DNA of 63,972 nucleotides, filler included, from Candidatus Hydrogenedentota bacterium (GCA_040752395.1; 4 parts of 4 records of this genome joined end to end with filler, not necessarily neighbours in it); one strand, 5' to 3'. Shown: positions 19,139-30,220, numbered from the whole stretch's first letter. Numbers and translations are program-made. The notes: generated by a model from the sequence alone, not told the origin.

Positions 19139-19256
19139 GGCTCCAGCCGGCTGTAGTCCGTAGCCTGTAGCCTGTACCCTGTCCTGATACCTCTCACTTC
19201 TTCCGTTATCTTGCTTCTACTTGATATTATTATAGTTACAATGTTTTTCAGAGGAG
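19139..19256 (+). repeat. Composite intergenic repeat (GGCTCCAGCCGGCTGTAG module + RBS module)
   Basis: Matches the reverse complement of 35118-35262 apart from the heptamer content. Confidence 0.9.
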
Positions 19257-19258
19257 AT

Positions 19259-20047
19259 ATGGAAAAAATAGAGAAGATAATAACAAAAATTGAAATGATA
19301 AAAGACTTATCAGAGGAACTGAAACAAGATAAAGAAGCGCAATGTAAATTATGTAATGATACAGGATGGATATTCAAGAAGGATTACACACTGCAGAGAT
19401 GTACACATCTTGAAGCAGAAAATTTTATTAATACACAAAAAAGTATTGAGAGTTTTCTTGATGAATTGAGAGTAGGGATGCCGGAAAGATTCAAACCTGA
19501 TCAGATACCTCAATGGGATCTTGAACTTATCTCTTATGAGTATCAGAAGATAATGCTCAACAAAATACAGGAACTTAGCCAGGGACAAAGAAGTAATATA
19601 GGTCTTTTTTTGTACGGACCCCCGGGTGATGGTAAAACCTACTCTGTATGTTTTATTATAAATTCATTAGTAGAGCCGAGGATTATGCATTGTGCTTTTT
19701 TTAATTATCCCCGTCTTTTAGCCGCTATCAGAGATAATTTTCATAATTATGATGTGCTGGATAGATTAAAGGAATTGTTATTTGAAACGGATCTGATTGC
19801 CCTAGATGATCTCGGCATGGAAAGGAAAGTAGAAGACCCGGATACCTCATGGTCCATTGATTTATTATACCAGGTCATTGATTACAGGTGCGATAATTTT
19901 AAACCTGTACTTATAACTTCAAACAGGGACCCTGATGAACTCGAGGATCAGATTAAAAAGGGTATATGGTCAAGAATCCGGGGGATGTGTGATATCCATA
20001 AAATGCCTGCTGATGATTTAAGACATCTAAAAAAAGATGAGAAGTGA
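19259..20047 (+). CDS. DnaC/DnaI/IstB-like AAA+ ATPase (helicase loader-like)
   Basis: CKLC..C N-terminus, GPPGDGKT, IALDDLG, LITSN, SRIRGM. Confidence 0.8.
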   Translation: MEKIEKIITKIEMIKDLSEELKQDKEAQCKLCNDTGWIFKKDYTLQRCTHLEAENFINTQKSIESFLDELRVGMPERFKPDQIPQWDLELISYEYQKIMLNKIQELSQGQRSNIGLFLYGPPGDGKTYSVCFIINSLVEPRIMHCAFFNYPRLLAAIRDNFHNYDVLDRLKELLFETDLIALDDLGMERKVEDPDTSWSIDLLYQVIDYRCDNFKPVLITSNRDPDELEDQIKKGIWSRIRGMCDIHKMPADDLRHLKKDEK

Positions 20048-20630
20048 GGTTATAGGTGTAACAGGGTTACCCTGTGCTGGGAAAACAACTCTCTGCAATT
20101 TTTTAAAAAGAAGATTAAATGCAGTTTATTTTTCCGCTGATTCTGAGATACACCGTCTCTTTACACTTGAGTGGATAAAAGAGAGAATAAAGCGAATGTT
20201 CGGTGACACTGCGGTTGTTGCGGGAATGGTAGACAGGAAGTTTTTGGCTTCGGTATGTTTTGAAGACAAAAAGAAGATTTTGCTTCTTGAAGGATTACTG
20301 CATCCTTATGTGATTGATGCATCCTTAAAAATAATATATCTCTGCAGACGGATGAACAAACATTTAGTAATGGATGTACCTTTACTGTTTGAGAGCAGGA
20401 TGAATAAACTTTGCGATAAGATAATTTTTATACGCAGTTCACAGAAAGAGAGAATCAAAAGAAAATCACCACTAATAAGTATTGATAACTTCTTAAAACG
20501 TGAAAAAAGATTTATTAATGATAATTATAAAATTGACAGAGCTAATTGTATTATTTATAATGATAAAAGAATAGATTATATCTTCAAAAAAGTAGAGAGA
20601 TATATTGATGGAAGATGTTACCCGAATTAG
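20037..20630 (+). CDS. coaE: Dephospho-CoA kinase
   Basis: IGVTGLPCAGKTT, VDRKFLA, LHPYV, DVPLLFE. Confidence 0.9.
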   Translation: MRSEVIGVTGLPCAGKTTLCNFLKRRLNAVYFSADSEIHRLFTLEWIKERIKRMFGDTAVVAGMVDRKFLASVCFEDKKKILLLEGLLHPYVIDASLKIIYLCRRMNKHLVMDVPLLFESRMNKLCDKIIFIRSSQKERIKRKSPLISIDNFLKREKRFINDNYKIDRANCIIYNDKRIDYIFKKVERYIDGRCYPN

Positions 20631-21465
20631 AAAGGTTATAGAAAAAATACAAAAACTTCCAACATTACCTAATGTGGTTCAGAATGTTTTAAAAATCGTT
20701 GAAAATCCTAAAACAACGGCTAAAGATATAAATAGGGTGATATCCCAGGACCCTGCACTCTCATCAAAGGTACTTCGACTTGTAAATTCTGCGTTTTATG
20801 GGTTCCCAAGGAGAATATCTACTGTAACTGATGCTATAATCATACTCGGGTTTAATACTGTAAAGAGTCTTGCATTATCAGCGAGCGTTTTTGATGTTTT
20901 CAAAGGAGAGAGTATATTTTTTGATAGAACCGCTTTCTGGCAGCACTCGATCGGCGTTGGTGTCGCCGCACAATTAATTGCTAAAAGAGTTAGATATGCT
21001 AAAGTTGAAGAAATTATGATTGCTGGTATCCTTCATGATATAGGTAAAATAGCACTGGACCAATATGCTCACGAAGAATTTAACAAGATTCTTGCTACTG
21101 TTAAAGAAAAAAATATGGCTTTCTTAGAAGCTGAAGAACAGGTGACTTCCTGTAATCATTGCGATGTCGGTAAATGGATGGCTGATAAATGGAATTTTCC
21201 ACAAGTAATTTTAGAGCCCATCGCATTTCATCACTTTCCTGAAAAATCTGTTGAATTTTCTAACATTACAGCAATGATTCATCTCGCTGATATCATATGT
21301 AAATCCCAGAATATAGGTTATAGCGGTGACAATATAATACCAGAATTAAATAAAAAAGCCTGGAATGACCTCGCCATAACTAAAGATGATATCGAACATA
21401 TTATCAGTGAATTAAAAGATGAGATTAAAAAGACCGAGGCATTTTTAAGTTTAGCAAGAGGATGA
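20608..21465 (+). CDS. HDOD domain protein
   Basis: LPTLP, DPALSSKVLRLVNSAFYG, FWQHS, GILHDIGK, KWNFP. Confidence 0.93.
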   Translation: MEDVTRIRKVIEKIQKLPTLPNVVQNVLKIVENPKTTAKDINRVISQDPALSSKVLRLVNSAFYGFPRRISTVTDAIIILGFNTVKSLALSASVFDVFKGESIFFDRTAFWQHSIGVGVAAQLIAKRVRYAKVEEIMIAGILHDIGKIALDQYAHEEFNKILATVKEKNMAFLEAEEQVTSCNHCDVGKWMADKWNFPQVILEPIAFHHFPEKSVEFSNITAMIHLADIICKSQNIGYSGDNIIPELNKKAWNDLAITKDDIEHIISELKDEIKKTEAFLSLARG

Positions 21466-21926
21466 TTTTTATGGAGACAGGTGGATTGATACTTACTAAA
21501 ACTCAAGCAAAAATTGCGCTTATCCTGATTGTCTTAATCTGGATTATTACTTTTTTTCTCGGCCATAGGGTTGGTAGATATGCTAATACTAATTATAAAG
21601 AAAAAGAAATAACACAAGCTGATAAATCAGAAACAGAAAGCTCGTCACACTCCGATAAAGAGACGCTCCCTGTAAAAGAAAAATTTTATACTATTACACT
21701 CGGCTGGGAAAATGATTTAAAACGAGCTGAAGGAATAAAAAAAAGGTTTGAAGAAAAAGGGCTTTCCGGTGTTATGATTCTTGAGATGCCAGCTAATGAA
21801 AAAATAAAATATAGAATCACTCTTGGGAAATTTATTGATAAGACAGATGCGCTTAAAGCTAAAAAAACATATACAGAGACCAGGAAATTATCAGATGATG
21901 TCTGGGTTTATTATTACGAAAGATAG
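21462..21926 (+). CDS. Membrane-anchored SPOR domain protein
   Basis: N-terminal TM; FYTITLG..A, YRITLGKF..A pattern. Confidence 0.7.
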   Translation: MIFMETGGLILTKTQAKIALILIVLIWIITFFLGHRVGRYANTNYKEKEITQADKSETESSSHSDKETLPVKEKFYTITLGWENDLKRAEGIKKRFEEKGLSGVMILEMPANEKIKYRITLGKFIDKTDALKAKKTYTETRKLSDDVWVYYYER

Positions 21927-22010
21927 AGTCTCGAATTGTAAATTGTAGTTTACTTCTTACGTTATCTTGCTTCTTGCCTCTAAATAAAGGCAAATAAATT
22001 TGCAATTTAC

Positions 22011-22037
22011 TAAAGTCTAAAAAAAAATAGCCGATAA
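22011..22037 (+). promoter_or_regulatory. Sigma28 (FliA-type) promoter
   Basis: TAAA-N15-GCCGATAA, exact consensus. Confidence 0.75.
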
Positions 22038-22087
22038 TATTAATGGAGAAAGGGATTCTCCAAAATTAGTGCCAAGGAGGGACTACG

Positions 22088-22789
22088 ATGGCTTCCACAT
22101 CAATCACATTAAATTATGAATTAACCGCAATAAAGTATCAGCAGGTCTATGAACAAACCAAATATCTGACTCAAGACCAAAACAATGAAAAGAGTATTTT
22201 AGCCAGAGATAACAGGCTAAATTTACTCCCGGCCGTTGTTAATGACGATGATGATAAATTATCAATAGGTAATCATTATTATGAAAATATACATCAAGAA
22301 ACAGTCTATCAGGTTATCCAGGAAAGAATATCTCTTACAGTAGAGGGTAACTTTAGTGAAGAAGAGATAGAGAATGTAAGAAATAAGTTTGAAGATTTTG
22401 TGGATAATTATTTTAGTCCGCAAGCTGTTGCTAAAAGGATAGTTGACTTTTCTACGGGTTTCTTTGAAGCTTATGCACAAAGAGGGGACAATCTTCCAAA
22501 ACCGAAAAATGAGGTTGTTGATGGTTTTGAAAAACTCATAAGAGGTGCCATAGATGAAGCGTTCAGACAGGCACGTGAGATACTTGGCGGTGTTTTTGAA
22601 CAGGGCAGTTTACCTACAAACATAAAAACCCTTATTGATGATACTTACAGTGAGGTGCAAAAAGGCTTAAAAGAGTTTTTTGATAAGCTCCGAGAGGAAC
22701 TTTTGGAACCTAATAAACCATCGGAAAAAGAGAATGAGATGGTAGAAGGTTCGCTCCCACCCCAATACGAATTGGCTTCCACGACATAA
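22088..22789 (+). CDS. Hypothetical protein, DUF5610-like
   Basis: FSPQAVAKRIVDFSTGFFEAY..AFRQAREIL..IDDTY pattern; AGGAGG RBS. Confidence 0.6.
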   Translation: MASTSITLNYELTAIKYQQVYEQTKYLTQDQNNEKSILARDNRLNLLPAVVNDDDDKLSIGNHYYENIHQETVYQVIQERISLTVEGNFSEEEIENVRNKFEDFVDNYFSPQAVAKRIVDFSTGFFEAYAQRGDNLPKPKNEVVDGFEKLIRGAIDEAFRQAREILGGVFEQGSLPTNIKTLIDDTYSEVQKGLKEFFDKLREELLEPNKPSEKENEMVEGSLPPQYELASTT

Positions 22790-22850
22790 TTTAAATCCTA
22801 CAAGCTTTCTCACCAGGTTTTAGTCCATTCACAAAACAAGGGCCGGGGTA

Positions 22851-22875
22851 ACTTTTGAGGGAAAAGTCCCCCGGC
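22851..22875. terminator. GC-rich hairpin between convergent genes (full stem 22842-22875)
   Basis: GCCGGGG..ACTTTT / AAAAGT..CCCCGGC; no strong U tract. Confidence 0.4.
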
Positions 22876-22979
22876 TCCTCACCTAATTAAATATGATTGT
22901 TTAACATTCATTCCGATTATTCCGTGATAAAATTTCTTTTCCGATTTATTCGGGTTAGGGAATCTATAAACTATCTTAT

Positions 22980-24152
22980 TTAAAAGTTTAAAGTGTTTTT
23001 GATTGCATCTACTATCATTTCTGGTTTTATAGCTATCATACAATAATTCCTGCCGCGCTCACATTCATCACGCTTGTAGTAGAGCTCACACGGAGAACAA
23101 TAAAGGTTAGAATATAAATGTTTCCCGTTCACATAATCAGGATAGCCGCTTTGTTTAGGGGAGACAGGACCAAAAAGAGCTATGTATTTCTTTCTTAAAG
23201 CATAAGCAAGATGCATTGTAACGCTATCGAGAGAGATAACCAAGCAAGATAAATAAACACACGCGGCAAGTTCAAATATGTCGGTTCTTAAATCAATAAT
23301 GCCCGGCACTTCTTTAAGGAGTTTGGGTCTTAGTTTTTTTTCAAATTCGCCTGTTGCAAGGATTAAATTAAATTTATCAAGAGATATTAATTGGTTTAAT
23401 AATTCGACCCAGTAGGTAGCAGGCCATAATTTAGGCTGCCATTTGGTACCAGGATGCACAAGTATCAGTGGTTTATTATCTTTATTTATCTGTAATAATT
23501 TAAGTTTCATACTTTTTATAGCTTGTTCTGGCAGAGTTATCGTGTAATCAGAATTCGGTTGCGCACCTACATCTAAAGTAAGGGTGTTCAAATTATGCAT
23601 AATATAATTACCATTTATTAATGAAAGATTTATATTGGGTTCAGTCGAATGGGTATACAATGAATGAAACCGGGGTAGAACTGATTTTCTTGTAAGTAAA
23701 AGCGATTTTGAGAATCCTGTTGTGTAAGTCGTTTTACTGAATAATGAGGCGAGTTTTGTTAAATATGCTGAATATATCGAACCGGTAAAATCTATAATTA
23801 TATCATATTTTTTAAAAATAAAGAAATATTTGATATATGATTTCAGTATCGAAAAAAACGATTGAGTATTTGTGTGATAGACATAATCGAATTTATGCTG
23901 GAGTAGATATACGGTTTTTAGATTTTTTGTTAATACACAGATATCTATTTTAGCAGAGGGGTATCTTTTAAATATAGAATTTATGGCAGGTGATGTCATA
24001 AGGAGGTCGCCTATCGCATTAAGCTGGATTAAGAGTATGTTAGTGACAGGGCTATCAGCCTGTTTTACGACTCCAGACTTTTTCATTGAAGATAATAACA
24101 AGATTAAGATATAATGAAATATATATAAAAACATTTTTAATATTTTTTTCAT
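22980..24152 (-). CDS. GT9 family glycosyltransferase
   Basis: IQLNAIGDLL, HPGTKWQPKLWP, LDSVTMHLA, LFGP, CSPC. Confidence 0.85.
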   Translation of the reverse strand: MKKILKMFLYIFHYILILLLSSMKKSGVVKQADSPVTNILLIQLNAIGDLLMTSPAINSIFKRYPSAKIDICVLTKNLKTVYLLQHKFDYVYHTNTQSFFSILKSYIKYFFIFKKYDIIIDFTGSIYSAYLTKLASLFSKTTYTTGFSKSLLLTRKSVLPRFHSLYTHSTEPNINLSLINGNYIMHNLNTLTLDVGAQPNSDYTITLPEQAIKSMKLKLLQINKDNKPLILVHPGTKWQPKLWPATYWVELLNQLISLDKFNLILATGEFEKKLRPKLLKEVPGIIDLRTDIFELAACVYLSCLVISLDSVTMHLAYALRKKYIALFGPVSPKQSGYPDYVNGKHLYSNLYCSPCELYYKRDECERGRNYCMIAIKPEMIVDAIKNTLNF

Positions 24153-25210
24153 TTAATCATCTCCATCTTGCAGCACCCGATACATACCGGATAAACCTTA
24201 TTACAAAAGAGTTTTCTAAACCTCCTGTAGCTATTATTATTTATCAACTTATACAGAGGACTTTCCTTTAGATTACCAATTTTGAAATTAAGACAGGGAT
24301 AGATATCGCCGTAAGGTGAGATACGGGTAGAGGTGTATAGCATATCACAATAATAATTTTTTGTATTAAAAGAATAATTATAGTAATTGAGCACGTCATC
24401 GAGTTTTATATTTGGAGAGAATGTAAATAAGAGGTTCAGTTCCTGAGTCTTATTTAATATTTTAATTAATTTTTCTTTTAATAATTTTATGTCTATTCTG
24501 GGTAAATCATTTAGCGGTGATATAGAGAGGTCAATCTTATTTTTCAAACGTAATGCTGACCTTTCAAAAGACGGGTCAAGTAATTGAAAAGAGAGAGAAT
24601 CACAGCCAGCTGATTTTACTATATCAGGGATCATATCAAGTACAGATACATTTTCTTCCAAAATGACTGAATTAACATTAATGATAGGGTAGGAGCCCCC
24701 GAGTTCTTTTTTTAAATTAGCCAACATTTTTATAGCATTTATAGCTTTTTCAAATGAAAGATTATTATTCCGAATTTTGTTATGTGTCTTCTCGTCACCA
24801 TCTATTGAGATACCGACAGCATTAATTTTCAAATCGATTAATTTTTTTGCTATCATTTCCGTTATAAGATACCCATTTGTTCCAATCACTATATTAAATC
24901 GTTTAGCTGCAAATTCGAGGAGTGTAATAAATTCTTTTTTAACAAAAGGTTCGCCGCCTGTAAAAGCTACATTACTTTTGTAAGGGAATTGTTTTAATAT
25001 ATTTAGCCACTCAGCAGTCGACAATTCTTCTCTACTCTGGATCTCACTCTGTTTTTTATAAATCTCCTGTAAAAAACTGCACATATTGCAGTTTAGATTA
25101 CATCTATAAGTTATTTCTATTGTATAGTTTCGGCAGGGCAGCACGTAACCAGTATTGATGAATTTAGGGAAACCATAGTAAATAGTTTTGAGAATAGATT
25201 TGAGAAACAT
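24149..25210 (-). CDS. Radical SAM protein with SPASM/Twitch domain
   Basis: CNLNCNMC, TGGEP, ISIDG, C-terminal C..GDIYPC..IGN..CIGCC. Confidence 0.9.
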   Translation of the reverse strand: MFLKSILKTIYYGFPKFINTGYVLPCRNYTIEITYRCNLNCNMCSFLQEIYKKQSEIQSREELSTAEWLNILKQFPYKSNVAFTGGEPFVKKEFITLLEFAAKRFNIVIGTNGYLITEMIAKKLIDLKINAVGISIDGDEKTHNKIRNNNLSFEKAINAIKMLANLKKELGGSYPIINVNSVILEENVSVLDMIPDIVKSAGCDSLSFQLLDPSFERSALRLKNKIDLSISPLNDLPRIDIKLLKEKLIKILNKTQELNLLFTFSPNIKLDDVLNYYNYSFNTKNYYCDMLYTSTRISPYGDIYPCLNFKIGNLKESPLYKLINNNSYRRFRKLFCNKVYPVCIGCCKMEMIK

Positions 25211-25213
25211 ATT

Positions 25214-25639
25214 TTAGAAACCCATAATAATCAGGTATATCCAGATAGCAAATATTAAAACCACAAAAAGAGATAATATGATTTTTGAATCTTGGGCTGT
25301 AATATTTACGATTCTGATTCGAGGTAATTTAAATAATAAAACTATCAAAGAATAAACGATAAATAAAACAATAAACAAATAAATAAAGAAGAATAAAGGA
25401 TTATACAAAAAGGCAGAAATAAAGTTAAGATTAATAAATTGTTCAAATGAACGTGTCATACCGCAGGAAGGGCAGGGAAGAGAAGTTATAGTTTTGAAGG
25501 GACATATAAATAGTGACGAGAAGTAGAAAAAATATTTTTTAAATATCAATATTATCATACCGAGCCCGATAAATATTGAGGTATAAATGAGTTCTATATC
25601 CAGTTCCCGGTCCTGTTTATATTTTAATATAATTTTCAT
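25214..25639 (-). CDS. DUF2752 family membrane protein
   Basis: CPFKTITSLPCPSCGMTRS..AFLYNPL. Confidence 0.85.
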   Translation of the reverse strand: MKIILKYKQDRELDIELIYTSIFIGLGMIILIFKKYFFYFSSLFICPFKTITSLPCPSCGMTRSFEQFINLNFISAFLYNPLFFFIYLFIVLFIVYSLIVLLFKLPRIRIVNITAQDSKIILSLFVVLIFAIWIYLIIMGF

Positions 25640-25652
25640 AAATATATTTTGA

Positions 25653-26720
<1,068 letters not shown>

Positions 26721-26868
26721 AAAGTAAAGAGATAGAGGTAAGAAGCGCACTGTTCTATTGTCCTGGCTGCTTTATGTGGCCAGGATAATAGACAGCCGGG
26801 AATAGTCAACATTCTTTCGAGAGGTCTCTTTTAAAACCCTGTTTATCGCATCTAAAGATGCTCACTAC

Positions 26869-27060
26869 TTGCGCTCTACACAAAGGATGAAAAACTAAAG
26901 ATGATATGAAAAGAGTCGTGAGTCACAAGTCGCAAGTCGTGAGTCAAAACAGGACTCAAGACTCAAGACTTTTCAGCAGGCTTTTGGCTTTTGGCTCCAG
27001 CCGGCTGTAGTCCGTAGCCTGTAGCCCGAATTATTAGAGTTACAACGTTTTTCAGAGGAG
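26869..27060 (+). repeat. Composite intergenic repeat
   Basis: 26869-26966 is an inverted copy of 49025-49122 (one mismatch), followed by the GGCTCCAGCCGG module and the RBS module. Confidence 0.9.
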
Positions 27061-27065
27061 CTATT

Positions 27066-27347
27066 ATGGAATGGGTTATAACAATGATGACGCTTGTAGC
27101 AGGCTGTGTTACAATAGCCTGGTTTATCCGTGATGTGAGAAAAGAGAATAGTAAAATATTAAAATCTATGCTTGATGTTCAGAAGACGTCACTCGATGTT
27201 CAGAGAGAAATGGCCCAAATACTGGTAAAGATAGAGGAGGGGCAACGAGAAGGGTTCAGGATGTTAAGTGAAGATATGACAAAATTGGGTGCGATATTTG
27301 AAAGAGTGTGTGTGATATTTGAGAGGGTGTCACTTGCAGATAGATAA
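27066..27347 (+). CDS. Small hypothetical protein (TM + coiled coil) between gap and pgk
   Basis: 93 aa; GAGGAG RBS supplied by the repeat module. Confidence 0.65.
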   Translation: MEWVITMMTLVAGCVTIAWFIRDVRKENSKILKSMLDVQKTSLDVQREMAQILVKIEEGQREGFRMLSEDMTKLGAIFERVCVIFERVSLADR

Positions 27348-27460
27348 ACATATTGAAAGATTAAAAGATTAAAAGATTGAAAGAATACGGCGGAGTTAGA
27401 AGTTAGGAGTTCGTAATAATAGCTCCGAACTCCGAACTTTTTCAGATGAGGTGAGATGAT

Positions 27461-28723
27461 ATGGATAAAAAGAGTGTAAAAGATATAGATATAAGAGATA
27501 AACGAGTTATTATGCGAGTTGATTTTAATGTTCCTATGAAAGATGGGATAGTTCAGGATGATACTCGGATTAAAGCCTCGCTACCTACAATAAAATATAT
27601 CCTTGAACAGAATGTAAAGAGTTTAGTGCTTATGTCTCATTTAGGTGACCCTAAAAAGGATAAAGAAAAAGCTAAAGAGAAAGCAGAAAAAGAGGGGAAG
27701 CATTTTGATGAAAAGAAGTATTTAGAGTCGAAACATATGATGGCGCCTGTTGCAAAGGTACTTTCTCAACTCATTAATAAAGAAGTGAAATTAGCGCCTG
27801 CTTGCATCGGTAAGGAAACAGAGACAATGGTTAATTCGTTAGAACCAGGTGAAATTCTTCTACTTGAGAATACGCGGTTTCATAGAGAAGAGACATCAAA
27901 AGACGAGACTGAACGTAAAAAGATGGCTCAGGCTCTGGCTAAATATGGTGATATTTATGTTAATGATGCGTTTGGAACTGCGCATCGACCACATGCATCA
28001 ACCGAGACCATTGCTTTGTATCTCCCAGCAGTTGCAGGCTTTTTAATGGAGAAAGAACTCGAATATTTACAAGAAAAAGTAGTTAAGAATCCTGTAAAAC
28101 CCTTTGTTGCGATTATAGGTGGTGCTAAAATTTCCTCGAAGATAGCTGTGCTTGAAAGCCTGCTTTCTAAAGTTGACCATCTACTTATAGGTGGTGGTAT
28201 GACTTATACATTTTTAAAATCACTGAATATATCAATCGGGGACTCATTAGTAGAGGATGATATGCTCGAGATTTGTAAAAATATTTTAGAAAAGGCAAAA
28301 GAGAAAAGAGTAAATCTGGTTTTACCGCTTGACCACGTAGTCGCAAAAGAATTCTCAAATGAAGCTTTATCAGAACAGACAGAGACAGAATCAATAGAGC
28401 CCGGCTGGATAGGTATGGACATCGGACCAAAAACTTTAGAAAAGTTTAAAAATATAATTCAGAGCGCAAAAACAGTTTTCTGGAACGGGCCTATGGGTGT
28501 ATTTGAGTTCCCGAAATTTGCGACCGCGACAAATACAATTGCCAGGATTTTAGCTGAACTTAAGGGAGCAACCACAGTAATAGGTGGTGGTGATTCTGTA
28601 TCAGCGGTGAACCAGGCTGGTGTAGCAGATAAAATGTCCCATATCTCAACAGGTGGTGGTGCATCACTTGAGCTTGTTGAAGGTAAAATTCTACCAGGGG
28701 TCGCAGCACTGAATGATAAATAA
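27461..28723 (+). CDS. pgk: Phosphoglycerate kinase
   Basis: RVDFNVP, SHLG, LLENTRF, NDAFGTAHR, STGGGASLE. Confidence 0.98.
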   Translation: MDKKSVKDIDIRDKRVIMRVDFNVPMKDGIVQDDTRIKASLPTIKYILEQNVKSLVLMSHLGDPKKDKEKAKEKAEKEGKHFDEKKYLESKHMMAPVAKVLSQLINKEVKLAPACIGKETETMVNSLEPGEILLLENTRFHREETSKDETERKKMAQALAKYGDIYVNDAFGTAHRPHASTETIALYLPAVAGFLMEKELEYLQEKVVKNPVKPFVAIIGGAKISSKIAVLESLLSKVDHLLIGGGMTYTFLKSLNISIGDSLVEDDMLEICKNILEKAKEKRVNLVLPLDHVVAKEFSNEALSEQTETESIEPGWIGMDIGPKTLEKFKNIIQSAKTVFWNGPMGVFEFPKFATATNTIARILAELKGATTVIGGGDSVSAVNQAGVADKMSHISTGGGASLELVEGKILPGVAALNDK

Positions 28724-28724
28724 T

Positions 28725-29060
28725 TGAATCGTAAGTCATCAGTATTTGACTTACAACTTATTGACTGATTTTATGACTCTTGACTCTAGACTTTTCAGCA
28801 GGCTACAGACTACAGACTTCAGATTGGAGACTACAGGCTCTTCAGGCTTCAGGCTCCGGGCTTTTGGCTCCAGCCGGCTGTAGTCCGTAGCCTGTAGCCT
28901 GTACCCCGAATTATTAGAGTTACAATGTTTTTCAAAGGAGTCATCATGCGGTGTGTTGCACCGCTACACAAAGCCTGAAAAACCAGATTCAGACGTTTTC
29001 TTGCCTCTTGCTTCTTGCTTCTACTTGATATTATTAGAGTTAGAATGTTTTTCAGAGGAG
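28725..29060 (+). repeat. Long mosaic intergenic repeat between pgk and tpiA
   Basis: GACTCTT, CTACAGA and GGCTTCA heptamers, GGCTCCAGCCGG module, two RBS modules (28911-28940, 29024-29060), TTCTTGC heptamers. Confidence 0.88.
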
Positions 29061-29065
29061 AAAAA

Positions 29066-29818
29066 ATGAGAAGACCTGTGATTGCAGGTAACTGGAAGAT
29101 GTATAAGACAATAAGTGAGGCACTCGAACTTGTTCGTCAGCTTAAAGTGAGGGTTAGTGATTGTAAAGACAGAGACATTGTTGTCTGCCCTTCGTTTACT
29201 GCGCTTCGGTCTGTTTATGAAATTATTAAAGATTCAAATATAAAACTTGGTGCACAGAATTTATATCCACAAAAAGAGGGTGCGTATACAGGTGAGATAT
29301 CACCGGTTATGTTAAAAGATGTAGGATGTGATTACGTGATTTTAGGTCATTCTGAGAGAAGAACTTACATTAAAGAAACAGATGAATTTATTAACAAAAA
29401 GGTTAAGATCGCTCTTTCTATCGGGTTAACACCGATTGTGTGTATAGGCGAGACACTGGAACAAAGAGAAAAAGGTCTAACAGAATCGATTGTAAAAACA
29501 CAGTTTGAAGGTTCTTTTGCTGGACTTGATAAAGAGATGGTTTTGAAAATAATTATTGCTTATGAGCCTGTATGGGCAATAGGGACCGGGAAGACCGCTA
29601 CTCCGGAAGATGCTGATTATGTTCAGGGGTTTATAAGGGGATTGATAAAAAACAGATATGATGAAGAGACAGCGGCAAATGTCAGAATACAATATGGTGG
29701 TAGTGTTAAACCTGAGAACATTGATGAATTGATGAAAAAAGAGAACATAGATGGTGTTCTTGTAGGTGGTGCGAGTTTGAACTTCGAATCTTTTGTAAGG
29801 ATAGTGAAGTTTCAGTAG
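29066..29818 (+). CDS. tpiA: Triosephosphate isomerase
   Basis: AGNWKM, GHSERR, AYEPVWAIGTG, YGGSVK, VGGASL. Confidence 0.98.
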   Translation: MRRPVIAGNWKMYKTISEALELVRQLKVRVSDCKDRDIVVCPSFTALRSVYEIIKDSNIKLGAQNLYPQKEGAYTGEISPVMLKDVGCDYVILGHSERRTYIKETDEFINKKVKIALSIGLTPIVCIGETLEQREKGLTESIVKTQFEGSFAGLDKEMVLKIIIAYEPVWAIGTGKTATPEDADYVQGFIRGLIKNRYDEETAANVRIQYGGSVKPENIDELMKKENIDGVLVGGASLNFESFVRIVKFQ

Positions 29819-29896
29819 TGAGGGTCACAAGACCCGAAGAAGAAGTAATAATATGTTTTGACTTTAATTACATGTATATGTATTAACAGATTATTT

Positions 29897-30220
29897 ATGC
29901 AGGAAATAACTATAGATGAAATAACTCGGGAGTTCTCAGATACATTAAAAAGACAACTAGGGAGCCATATTAAAAACATAATTTTATTCGGTTCAAGAGC
30001 GAGGAGCGATTATAGTAATTGGTCTGATTATGATTTTTTAGTAATTGTTGACAAGAAAAATAAAGGGATGAGGGAAATATTACTGGATAATGCTGTTTTT
30101 ATTATGAATAAATACTATGCTTTAGTCTCATGCCTACTATGGGAAGAAAAAGAATGGGAATTTAAAAAAAATATACCCATAGGTCTAAATATCTTAAAAG
30201 AGGGTATAATTTTACGATGA
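29897..30220 (+). CDS. Minimal nucleotidyltransferase (MNT) antitoxin-like
   Basis: ILFGSRARSDYSNWSDYDFLV (GS-X10-DXD). Confidence 0.88.
   Translation: MQEITIDEITREFSDTLKRQLGSHIKNIILFGSRARSDYSNWSDYDFLVIVDKKNKGMREILLDNAVFIMNKYYALVSCLLWEEKEWEFKKNIPIGLNILKEGIILR

Noticed and set aside
19211-19258. Shared N-terminal peptide MLLLDII..MFFRG in ORF-track calls (also 29015 and inside 13418)
   Set aside because: Translation of the non-coding repeat module; true starts are the downstream ATGs
19259-20047. IS21 element or prophage
   Set aside because: No IstA transposase, terminal repeats or phage genes nearby
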